NCBI GenBank assembly: GCA_910586865.1
Contig: CAJUIY010000003.1
Location: 1-59,512 of the forward strand
Direction of reading: 5' to 3'
DNA from: an uncultured Bacilli bacterium
GTDB lineage: Bacteria; Bacillota_I; Bacilli_A; RF39; UBA660
Length of the DNA: 59,512 nt
Both the position numbers and the translations under genes were made by a program. The notes beneath the pieces were generated by a model, which made no database searches, was not told where the DNA came from, and saw nothing but the letters and a program-made list of their open reading frames with translations. How positions within the stretch are numbered: the stretch's first letter is position 1; every line of letters starts with the position of its first letter. Positions 17,047-24,748 of the stretch are shown here, piece by piece.

Positions 17047-19056
17047 TTATTCCTCTACATTCTTTTTAAATCCAAAGTAAGTAGATAGAAAGTAAAGGAA
17101 ATAAATTATTAGAAAAAGGAAAATATTCATACCAAAATAAGTTAAATAAACCGTATCTTTTTCTAATGATACTTTAAAGATTCGATTCATCGATGTTAAA
17201 GTACAAATACTTATGATAGTTGGATAAAGAAGAGGGAAAAGGAAAAAGATGGAGAGTTGTTTGAATATGGTCTTATGAAGAGTATCTCTACGGACTCCTA
17301 ATTTACTTAATACTTGATAACGATATTTATACTTTGTAGAATCACTTAATTGTTGAATTGCTAAAATGGTTCCCACAACCGCAGTAAACACAAAAGCGAT
17401 ATAAAAACAAACAAAAGCAATGATTGTTACAAATCCATTATTTTGAGATTTTTCTTTTCCCCGTACAATTAAATTAGCAATGGAATAACAAAGATATTGA
17501 CCATTCTCATTATAATAACAAAAATCATCATCCGAAAACTTCGCAAGTTTATCATAAAAAGCCTCTGTCGTCTCCTCTTTCGTATCCACAATTAAATGAG
17601 AATCTGCGATTTTAAGATTTTCTACGATAGAATCTGGTACTACGATGGTAAAGCCATATCCCATTCCCCAAGCATAAGTATATCCTTCTGTAAAAAAATA
17701 TTTTTGCTTCAATTGTTTTCCATTTGATAACGTAATTTCTTTTAAGTCTTTATCATTTTTTAAAGTCTTATACTCTCTCGTAACATGTAATAAATATTCA
17801 TCCTCTAAAAGAGAAACCTCTTTCTTTCCTCTTAATTTTAATAACTTGTTATAGTCACTTAATTTAATAAACTGATCATGTTCTCTCCAACCAGCCTCAT
17901 CCCCTGATTTTCTGGCAATGGCTTTCATCACATTATTATTATTTTCGTAATAACTATCATAAATTAATTCTTCTTCTATGGTATAGTGTTCTTTAATAAA
18001 TTCCTCATATTTCTTGATATCTTCTTTTTTAATATCTAAACTAATATCATAAGGTGCTACTACTTCTAATTGATAGTCAAACATTCCTTTAAATAAACTA
18101 GATAGATTTAAGGCAATTAGGGTAAAGGCAATGAAAGCGGTTAAGGTTCCTATTGTAAATCCCATGGTCTTCATCTTAGAAGCAAAACATCTTGCAATAA
18201 ATAGATTGTCACTATGATATTTTATCTTCTTATTTTTTAAAACAAGTTGGAGGATAAAATGAGAAATCGAAATGGATAGTAAATAAATACTAAGAAGAAG
18301 GAAAAGAATACAAATAAAAATCATAATGAGAGAAGGATTTCTTCCTAAGGTGTGAAATTCTCTATCAAATAAATCAAGAGAAGTTACTCCTAATATGAGA
18401 GAGATAAGAAGAAAAAGTCCCTGATAACTCGCTTCTTTTTTCCTTCTTTTTTCATTTTGTTTTTCAAGATAGAAAAGATCATATACTTTTATTTTTTTTA
18501 CTCTTCTTCTAGAAAGAAATAAAACAATAAAATAGATAATACAAAAATAAAGAAGTAAAGTGAGAATAGCTTGGATAGAAAAATCTATTTTTACTAGTTG
18601 TCCTAAATCAAAAATATTCATAATAATAGAAGAGGCAAAGATACTAAAGAGATAACCAATTGGCAAGGATAGTAAAAAAGAGAAAGAACCTAGTATTATA
18701 TTTTCTAGAAGAAACATCTTTGTAATATAAGATTTTTTAATTCCTAGTATTAAATAAGTTCCAAATTCTTTGCTTCTTTTTTCAAACATAAATTTTGTCG
18801 TATAGTTAATTAAAAAACAGATAACAAGTATCATGAAAATATTTACGATATACATCACCAATTGAAAGGATTTCATCACATAACTTAACTGTAATACTTC
18901 TTTCGAATTACTAAGCAAGTTAAAAGCAAACATCAAGGAAAAAGCCATCATTACTGTAATAAAATAGATGACATAGTCCTTACTACTCCTTTTTGCATTT
19001 AGAAAAGCTAACTTACTTAACACTAGAAACATCTCCCCCAAGTAATGTAATGACAT
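17047..19056 (-). CDS. BceB-type FtsX-family ABC permease (669 aa)
   Basis: About 10 TM helices with a large extracytoplasmic domain between TM7 and TM8, the size and layout of BceB/VraG permeases. Overlaps bceA-like; the real start may be an internal Met. Confidence 0.85.
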   Translation of the reverse strand: MSLHYLGEMFLVLSKLAFLNAKRSSKDYVIYFITVMMAFSLMFAFNLLSNSKEVLQLSYVMKSFQLVMYIVNIFMILVICFLINYTTKFMFEKRSKEFGTYLILGIKKSYITKMFLLENIILGSFSFLLSLPIGYLFSIFASSIIMNIFDLGQLVKIDFSIQAILTLLLYFCIIYFIVLFLSRRRVKKIKVYDLFYLEKQNEKRRKKEASYQGLFLLISLILGVTSLDLFDREFHTLGRNPSLIMIFICILFLLLSIYLLSISISHFILQLVLKNKKIKYHSDNLFIARCFASKMKTMGFTIGTLTAFIAFTLIALNLSSLFKGMFDYQLEVVAPYDISLDIKKEDIKKYEEFIKEHYTIEEELIYDSYYENNNNVMKAIARKSGDEAGWREHDQFIKLSDYNKLLKLRGKKEVSLLEDEYLLHVTREYKTLKNDKDLKEITLSNGKQLKQKYFFTEGYTYAWGMGYGFTIVVPDSIVENLKIADSHLIVDTKEETTEAFYDKLAKFSDDDFCYYNENGQYLCYSIANLIVRGKEKSQNNGFVTIIAFVCFYIAFVFTAVVGTILAIQQLSDSTKYKYRYQVLSKLGVRRDTLHKTIFKQLSIFFLFPLLYPTIISICTLTSMNRIFKVSLEKDTVYLTYFGMNIFLFLIIYFLYFLSTYFGFKKNVEE

Positions 19057-19789
19057 CTAAAATTTCATCAAAAAATTCTTTTCTACTCTTTTCTCCTTTT
19101 ATGATTTCACTAAATATTTTACCATCTTTTAAAAACAAAACTCTTTGACAGAAGCTTGCAGAAAACGCATCATGTGTCACCATTAGAATCGTAGCATCCA
19201 ATTCTTTGTTCATCTCCTCCATCGTCTCTAAAAGCATTCTAGCAGATTTCGAATCGAGTGCTCCTGTCGGTTCATCTGCTAATATTAATTTTGGTTTATT
19301 AATTAATGCTCTAGCACAAGCACATCTTTGTTTTTGACCTCCTGATACTTCATAAGGAAATTGATTTCTGATTTCATCAATCCCCAGTTTTTTTGTAATA
19401 TCATCTACTAGCCATTCAATTTCTTTCTCCTCTTTCTTATTAATAATAAGCGATAAAGAGATATTTTCTTCGATGGTTAAGGTATCTAGTAAATTAAAGT
19501 CTTGAAAAATAAATCCCAGTTTTTCTCTTCGAAAATCAGCTAACTCATCCTCTTTTCGTTTTGTAATATCTTCTCCATCAATATCAATATTTCCAGCTGT
19601 CACCTCATCTATCGTTGAAATACAGTTTAATAAGGTTGTTTTCCCACTACCAGAAGAACCCATTATCGCAACAAACTCTCCTTCTAAAACTTGAAAAGAA
19701 ATTCCATCGATTGCCTTTCTTATAATATTGCTATCTTGTCCATAATATTTTTTTAAATGTTTTATCTTTAAAATCTCCATTTTAAACAC
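19013..19789 (-). CDS. BceA-type ABC ATP-binding protein
   Basis: MacB/LolD-like NBD (GSSGSGKTT, VSGGQKQR, LADEPTGALD). The likely true start is ATG at 19780 (MEILKIKHLKK). Confidence 0.9.
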   Translation of the reverse strand: MFKMEILKIKHLKKYYGQDSNIIRKAIDGISFQVLEGEFVAIMGSSGSGKTTLLNCISTIDEVTAGNIDIDGEDITKRKEDELADFRREKLGFIFQDFNLLDTLTIEENISLSLIINKKEEKEIEWLVDDITKKLGIDEIRNQFPYEVSGGQKQRCACARALINKPKLILADEPTGALDSKSARMLLETMEEMNKELDATILMVTHDAFSASFCQRVLFLKDGKIFSEIIKGEKSRKEFFDEILDVITLLGGDVSSVK

Positions 19790-19925
19790 GCTCCATTTGT
19801 GATTTTACTAATCGAATCCCTTTTGTTAAAAAATAGATAATCCCTACTACCAATAAAAAAGGAATCATTAGAATAAGAACAAGGCAAATTAGTAATTTTA
19901 AAAGAATATTTTTTACACTATTCAT
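19782..19925 (-). CDS. unannotated 47-aa single-TM small protein translationally coupled to the bceA-like gene
   Basis: Hand translation: MNSVKNILLKLLICLVLILMIPFLLVVGIIYFLTKGIRLVKSQMERV. RBS AGAAGGGA lies 7 nt upstream. Its TAA stop is separated by 1 nt from the bceA ATG (TAAAATG). Below the ORF-track cutoff. Confidence 0.45.
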   Translation of the reverse strand: MNSVKNILLKLLICLVLILMIPFLLVVGIIYFLTKGIRLVKSQMERV

Positions 19926-19949
19926 CTATGTTCCCTTCTTTCTAATAAA

Positions 19950-19992
19950 ATTATATCAAAAAAAAAGATAGATAAACCTTACAGTTTTGTTA
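19950..19992 (-). promoter_or_regulatory. putative BceR-dependent promoter: inverted repeat TAACA-N4-TGTAA upstream of a perfect -10
   Basis: On the minus strand: TAACAAAACTGTAA (19992-19979), 23 nt, TATAAT (19955-19950). The -35 is weak (GGTTTA) and abuts the repeat, as expected for an activator-dependent promoter. Confidence 0.45.
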
Positions 19993-20013
19993 GGTTAAAG
20001 TAAGAAAGGTGGT

Positions 20014-20052
20014 CAAATAAAAAAAGAAGAAAATATGGCAGAGTTTCTTCTT
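20014..20052 (-). terminator. terminator after the DUF4097 gene
   Basis: Stem AAGAAGAAA / TTTCTTCTT (20024-20032 / 20044-20052), with a T-run on the minus strand. Confidence 0.55.
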
Positions 20053-20073
20053 TTTATTTATCATGAAAAGCTT

Positions 20074-21216
20074 TTATTTTAATACTACTTTCTTTACTAA
20101 TTTTGCTTCTTCTTCCCTGATATTTTCAACCAAAAAGGCACAGGACTCATTTCTATTACAAGAATCAATTTCTTTCTCATATATTTCAGCATTTCTTAAG
20201 GAAATAGTCGTACTAACTATTACATTATTGTTTTCATCTAATAGGTCAATAGAATCTCCTCTTTTCAAAGTTCCAGATGTAATTTTACCAAGAAATAGAA
20301 AGGATTGATCCGTATCTTTTAAATATTTCTGAACGATAAATTCAGAAGTGTTAGACTGATTTTCTTCTGTTACCACATGATTTTCAAAAGAAATATCAAT
20401 TCTACCTACTCCACCATCAATATAAAGTGAGTTAGCACCATTTCCATAGTACGTATTATCACTCACTGATTTGCCATCGATAGAAGCACTACCAATTCCT
20501 TTATCCACTTTTATCTTGTAGTCACTCTCATTACCAAGTAGAACAATATCTGTTTCTCCAACACCTGCTTCTATTTTACTATTTCCCAACACTTCAGCTG
20601 TTAACTCTAATTTTCCAACTCCCATATCCAAATCTAGGTTATGAAGCTTTCCGTTATGGATAGAGAACTTACCAGCTCCACCTTCTACTTCCATCTTTTC
20701 TAAAACATGAAGTTCGTCCATCTCTACTTCTCCAGCACCTAAATCTAATTCTAGCTTTTTCGTAGCTAATTTCTCAATTTCTATTCTTCCAGCACCAGAA
20801 TCAATTGATACTTCATCATAAACTTCATCCTTTGGAAGATAAATAACTAACTGATAATTATGTTTTCTTTTAAATAGATTTCCTTTTCTTTCTTTAATAA
20901 CTAGTTTATCATTCGAAGTCTTTGTTACAATTTTACTATTATTTGTCTCCATTCGAAATTTTTCTCCCTCTCGAATGATAGTACTTGTAGCTCTTAAATC
21001 GATTTCTAAAGAAGATACTGCCTCAGTAATTTCTAATTTGTTACTAGAAGTGAAAGCAGAATCCTCTTTGTCATCAAAAAGATTCGAAAATACCATAAAG
21101 CACATCATGATTCCTGATAAAATACTTACAATTAAGAAAATAGCAAAAGCGATTGCTAAATATTTAATTACTTTTTGTGTTTCGTTCATTTTATCTCCAC
21201 TCCTCCAAATAAGCAT
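20074..21216 (-). CDS. membrane-anchored DUF4097 (LiaG-like) beta-repeat protein with C-terminal EF-Tu domain-2-like barrel
   Basis: N-terminal TM. Repeated GAG/GVG-x-E/D-beta-strand units (GAGRIEIE, GAGEVEMD, GAGKFSIH, GVGKLELT, GVGETDIV, GVGRIDIS). The C-terminal about 90 aa resemble GTP_EFTU_D2. The likely start is ATG at 21189 (MNETQK), which overlaps the upstream stop as ATGA. Confidence 0.7.
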   Translation of the reverse strand: MLIWRSGDKMNETQKVIKYLAIAFAIFLIVSILSGIMMCFMVFSNLFDDKEDSAFTSSNKLEITEAVSSLEIDLRATSTIIREGEKFRMETNNSKIVTKTSNDKLVIKERKGNLFKRKHNYQLVIYLPKDEVYDEVSIDSGAGRIEIEKLATKKLELDLGAGEVEMDELHVLEKMEVEGGAGKFSIHNGKLHNLDLDMGVGKLELTAEVLGNSKIEAGVGETDIVLLGNESDYKIKVDKGIGSASIDGKSVSDNTYYGNGANSLYIDGGVGRIDISFENHVVTEENQSNTSEFIVQKYLKDTDQSFLFLGKITSGTLKRGDSIDLLDENNNVIVSTTISLRNAEIYEKEIDSCNRNESCAFLVENIREEEAKLVKKVVLK

Positions 21217-21875
21217 GTGGCATTGATGTAAATGATCTTTGTTGCACTTTTATCGATTTTTTTACGGTTATCACTTACACCACCAAATATCGGAGTAGAT
21301 GCTATTTTTACCTTAACATCCTTTGGAACATAAATCACAATACCACCAAAAATAGAACTTGCATTCACAATACTTTCATCCTTTATTTTGGCATCTGAAA
21401 GTTCACATTTCACTTCACCAAAAACAGCAGTTAAATTACACCCATCAAAGTCTTCATTAGAAAAATCAACGGCTTGTCCTCCAAAAGTAGAACAATAATC
21501 CTTATCAATATTTTTCGTTTTATTCAAATGTTTAATCCTCTTTTGTACTTTCGAATTAATAGAATCTTTAAACAAGAAAGATAAGCCAATCATTACTAAA
21601 ATAAAAGGAACCATCAACTTAAAGATTAACTCAAACTCTAATAAATCTCTACACCCTAGTAATAAAAGAATTCCTATGACTAATCCAATCAAATTATCTT
21701 GCCTACCGCTATTACTAAAAAGTCCAATAAAGCATGGAACAATAATAAACAAAGTCCAAAATCCATCAAAAAAGATATCAATATTGGTAATTTCTAAGGC
21801 ATTTAACCCTACAATAACTCCTATTCCAATAAATACCAAACCCCATAAAAAGTTACTTATTTTATTCATATACAA
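21186..21875 (-). CDS. LiaF-like cell-wall-active-antibiotic response membrane protein (DUF2154-type C-terminus)
   Basis: Four N-terminal TM helices. The C-terminal pattern FGGQAVDF...AVFGEVKCEL...SSIFGGIVIYVPKDVKVKIASTPIFGG is characteristic of the LiaF C-terminal domain. Confidence 0.7.
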   Translation of the reverse strand: MYMNKISNFLWGLVFIGIGVIVGLNALEITNIDIFFDGFWTLFIIVPCFIGLFSNSGRQDNLIGLVIGILLLLGCRDLLEFELIFKLMVPFILVMIGLSFLFKDSINSKVQKRIKHLNKTKNIDKDYCSTFGGQAVDFSNEDFDGCNLTAVFGEVKCELSDAKIKDESIVNASSIFGGIVIYVPKDVKVKIASTPIFGGVSDNRKKIDKSATKIIYINATCLFGGVEIK

Positions 21876-21881
21876 ACTCTC

Positions 21882-22082
21882 CTATTCTACTTCACTTTTA
21901 TTTGGCATAATAAGGGCAGCCACAAAATAGGCTACAATACCAGTACCAACACAAAATATTAACAAAATCCAAAGCAATCTGACAATCGTTGGATCCATAT
22001 CAAAATATTCTGCAATTCCTCCACATACACCAAAAACTTTTCTTCCGTTTTCTATCTTATATAATCTTTTTTTCTTATCCAT
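21882..22082 (-). CDS. PspC-domain membrane protein (66 aa)
   Basis: LYKIENGRKVFGVCGGIAEYFDMDPTIVRLLWILL is the canonical PspC domain, followed by a TM helix. Confidence 0.85.
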   Translation of the reverse strand: MDKKKRLYKIENGRKVFGVCGGIAEYFDMDPTIVRLLWILLIFCVGTGIVAYFVAALIMPNKSEVE

Positions 22083-22146
22083 TCTATCACTCCGTTTTTC
22101 TTATTTTAGCATAGTTTTTTCTATTCGTCTATTAAAAAAGTGATTT

Positions 22147-23802
22147 CTATAAAACCACTTCTTGATAAAAGCTTATTCGTTCTCTTATGGATTCTTTCCC
22201 TAATATCTTTAAAATCGAATATAAATCAGGAGATTTCGTTCTTCCCGTTACCATTACTCGAATCGCTTCACAAAGATCTCCGACATGCCCCTTATAACTA
22301 TCCGGATTTTTCTTATATTCTTTAGGACTTGCAGCATAACCATGTTTTTCTGCAAAACTTTTGATGTTATTAAACCATTCTTCATTCGATACGGTTAAAT
22401 CTAATTCTTCCAAATATTCTAAAATAAGATTGACATCATATGTTTTATCCCCGTCATATTTTCTATATTTCTCTTCAAAAAACTCTTTATCAATGGCATA
22501 AGAAAACTCTTCTTTTACATCGCTATATTTTGCAATATCTTTACGAGGTCTTGGTCCATCTTTTTCAATACTCAAAAACTTAATCATTGAATCTTTATTT
22601 TCTTCTAAAAGTTTAGCATATTCTTCATCATATTTTTTAGCATATTGAATAGTCTCTTCATAAACCTCCTCCCCGCTTTTACGAGAAAAATAGGTTTTAC
22701 AGATATTTGTGAATTTTGCTTCATCAAAACTGGTCCCACCTACTGGCATCTTTTCAAAGGAAAAGGTAAAATCTTCAATCGTTTTGTCTTGATTTTGTAG
22801 ATACCATTCTTCGAAATTGGTATTGGCAATGGTTGCTAAATAAAGATGCAAAGCATCAATTGGAATTCCTTGTTCTTCATAAAATTTTGCTCCTGCCCAA
22901 GGATCTTTTCTTTTGGATAGTTTTCGAACGGCTCCTGTTTCCTGATCCTTAATGGTAAGAGGTGCGATATGAGCATATTTCACTGGTTCAAACCCTAATA
23001 CTTGAAATAGTTGATAATGAAGAGGTAAGCTAGATACCCATTCATCTCCACGAATCACATGAGTAGTATGCATTAGATGATCATCAATTGCATGAGCAAG
23101 ATGATAGGTTGGCGTTCCATCTTTTTTTAATAATACGGTGTCCATATCGTGTTCTGGAAATTTCATTTTACCCTTAATACAGTCCACTACTTCCACCGTG
23201 TTTTTCGCATTACCAGGACTTTTTAAACGAATAACATAATCTTTTCCGGCAGTAAGTTTCTCTTTGATTTCTTCTAAAGATAAATCTCTATCTACTGCAT
23301 AAACTCCATAAATTCCTATTTTTGTTTTGATTAGAGCTTGTTCTTCTTTGATTTGCGCTTGTTCTTCTTCACTCATAAAACAAGGATAAGCTAATCCTTT
23401 TTCGATTAAATCTTTTACATAAGCTTGATAAATTTCCGTTCTTTTACTTTGCTGATAGGGACCATACTCGCCACCATAGCCATACCCCTCATTAGGAGTA
23501 ATCTTAAACCCTTTTAAAACAGAGGTAATATTTTCAATACCACCTTCTACGGCTCTTTTTTGATCAGTATCTTCAATTCTTAAGTAAAAACTTCCTCCAC
23601 TTTGTCTTGCATAAATCATATCACAAAAAGCAGAAAGCAAGTTTCCTAAATGAACACTTCCAGTAGGACTAGGTCCATATCTAGTAACCATAACACCTTC
23701 TGATAATTCTCTTGGTTTGTATAAATTCTCGTAATCTTCCGTTGCCTTTTCTAGATTTGGAAATAAAATATTTGCTAGCTCTATTCTTTCTTCCTCACGC
23801 AT
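22147..23802 (-). CDS. gltX: glutamate--tRNA ligase (long form, 551 aa)
   Basis: HIGH-type motif PSPTGSVHLGN, the GluRS-specific block RIEDTDQKR, and the KMSKS variant KLSKRK. Confidence 0.85.
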   Translation of the reverse strand: MREEERIELANILFPNLEKATEDYENLYKPRELSEGVMVTRYGPSPTGSVHLGNLLSAFCDMIYARQSGGSFYLRIEDTDQKRAVEGGIENITSVLKGFKITPNEGYGYGGEYGPYQQSKRTEIYQAYVKDLIEKGLAYPCFMSEEEQAQIKEEQALIKTKIGIYGVYAVDRDLSLEEIKEKLTAGKDYVIRLKSPGNAKNTVEVVDCIKGKMKFPEHDMDTVLLKKDGTPTYHLAHAIDDHLMHTTHVIRGDEWVSSLPLHYQLFQVLGFEPVKYAHIAPLTIKDQETGAVRKLSKRKDPWAGAKFYEEQGIPIDALHLYLATIANTNFEEWYLQNQDKTIEDFTFSFEKMPVGGTSFDEAKFTNICKTYFSRKSGEEVYEETIQYAKKYDEEYAKLLEENKDSMIKFLSIEKDGPRPRKDIAKYSDVKEEFSYAIDKEFFEEKYRKYDGDKTYDVNLILEYLEELDLTVSNEEWFNNIKSFAEKHGYAASPKEYKKNPDSYKGHVGDLCEAIRVMVTGRTKSPDLYSILKILGKESIRERISFYQEVVL

Positions 23803-23870
23803 AGTTATGCACCTCTTTCTATATCATTCTCTCATACTATATCATCTTTTATAGTAGAAATCAATGCTAT

Positions 23871-23895
23871 TATAAAAACCCTTGATAATCAAGGG
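23871..23895 (-). terminator. terminator between tRNA-Gln and gltX
   Basis: On the minus strand: CCCTTGAT-T-ATCAAGGG followed by TTTTTATA. Confidence 0.55.
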
Positions 23896-23907
23896 AATAC
23901 TTCTTAT

Positions 23908-23983
23908 TGGCTGCCCTAGTTAGATTCGAACTAACGGAATGATGCGGTCAGAGCGCACTGCCTTACCACTTGGCTATAGGGCA
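23908..23983 (-). tRNA. tRNA-Gln (anticodon CUG)
   Basis: Hand-folded: acceptor TGCCCTA/TAGGGCA, D-arm GCC-AAGTGGTAA-GGC, anticodon stem GTGCG/CGCAT with loop CTCTGAC, T-loop TTCGAAT, discriminator G plus encoded CCA. Closely resembles Bacillus tRNA-Gln. Confidence 0.9.
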
Positions 23984-24013
23984 ATTTCTATATATTTATT
24001 TTATAATAAAATG

Positions 24014-24056
24014 AGAAAAAAAGAAAGAAAAATATGCATATTCTTCCTTTCTTTTT
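24014..24056 (-). terminator. terminator after the 202-aa ORF
   Basis: Long imperfect hairpin centred on the palindrome AATATGCATATT and flanked by AAAGAAAG / CTTTCTTT arms. T-run on the minus strand. Confidence 0.5.
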
Positions 24057-24057
24057 T

Positions 24058-24666
24058 CTACTTCCTATTTTTTAATTCCTTATGAATCGATTTTACTTTC
24101 GATCTTATTTTTTCCATATCGTCTCCATCCTTAGCAGGAACTCCATTTTGTGCTAAGAAATCAAGCAAGGAAAAAAACATTCCCATATCTAATCCTCTTT
24201 GTTCTAAATTACGATTCTGATGAATGCAAAAATCAAGGATAGCATCTTCTCTTGAACCATTTTCTTTTTCAGGAGAATTTGCTACTTGATTTGTTCTACC
24301 CAAGCTTTTTCGTGAATTGGAAATGGTACTTAAAATACCTCTTCTAAAATCACGAAGAGCTAGTGCTGTCATATCTTTTCCATAAGTATCAAAGTAATCT
24401 TGATACCCAGAAATAAGAGTCTTTAAATTTTCATCTGATAAAACCTCTCTACGATTTTCTATCAAATCTTTTACCTTTTGATATTCTTTTTGGAAATTCA
24501 TACGAGATAAGTCATAACAAGATTTTTTTCTTTCTTTATATTCTCTCCTAGCAATGGCTTTTTCTACTCTTTGTTTTCGCTCTTCTTGTTGTTTTATTTC
24601 TCTTTTTTTCTTTCTTTTATTTGAATACTCTTTAATACCTGTTTTTTCATATTGTTTTTCTATCAT
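24058..24666 (-). CDS. hypothetical highly charged protein (202 aa)
   Basis: Long ORF with K/R/E-rich N-terminal third. No recognisable domain. Confidence 0.55.
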   Translation of the reverse strand: MIEKQYEKTGIKEYSNKRKKKREIKQQEERKQRVEKAIARREYKERKKSCYDLSRMNFQKEYQKVKDLIENRREVLSDENLKTLISGYQDYFDTYGKDMTALALRDFRRGILSTISNSRKSLGRTNQVANSPEKENGSREDAILDFCIHQNRNLEQRGLDMGMFFSLLDFLAQNGVPAKDGDDMEKIRSKVKSIHKELKNRK

Positions 24667-24748
24667 TTTTCTACCTTCTTTTAATTTTTATTTAAAGAAT
24701 AAGTAAAACTGATTTTTAATCATTACTAAAAACCAGTTCCTTTTCCTT

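Noticed and set aside
23803-23907. Possible T-box or riboswitch leader upstream of gltX.
   Set aside because: Only about 100 nt are available. They are accounted for by the tRNA-Gln terminator hairpin and a promoter-like TTGATT-17-TGaTATAGT. No specifier-loop or T-box sequence was seen.
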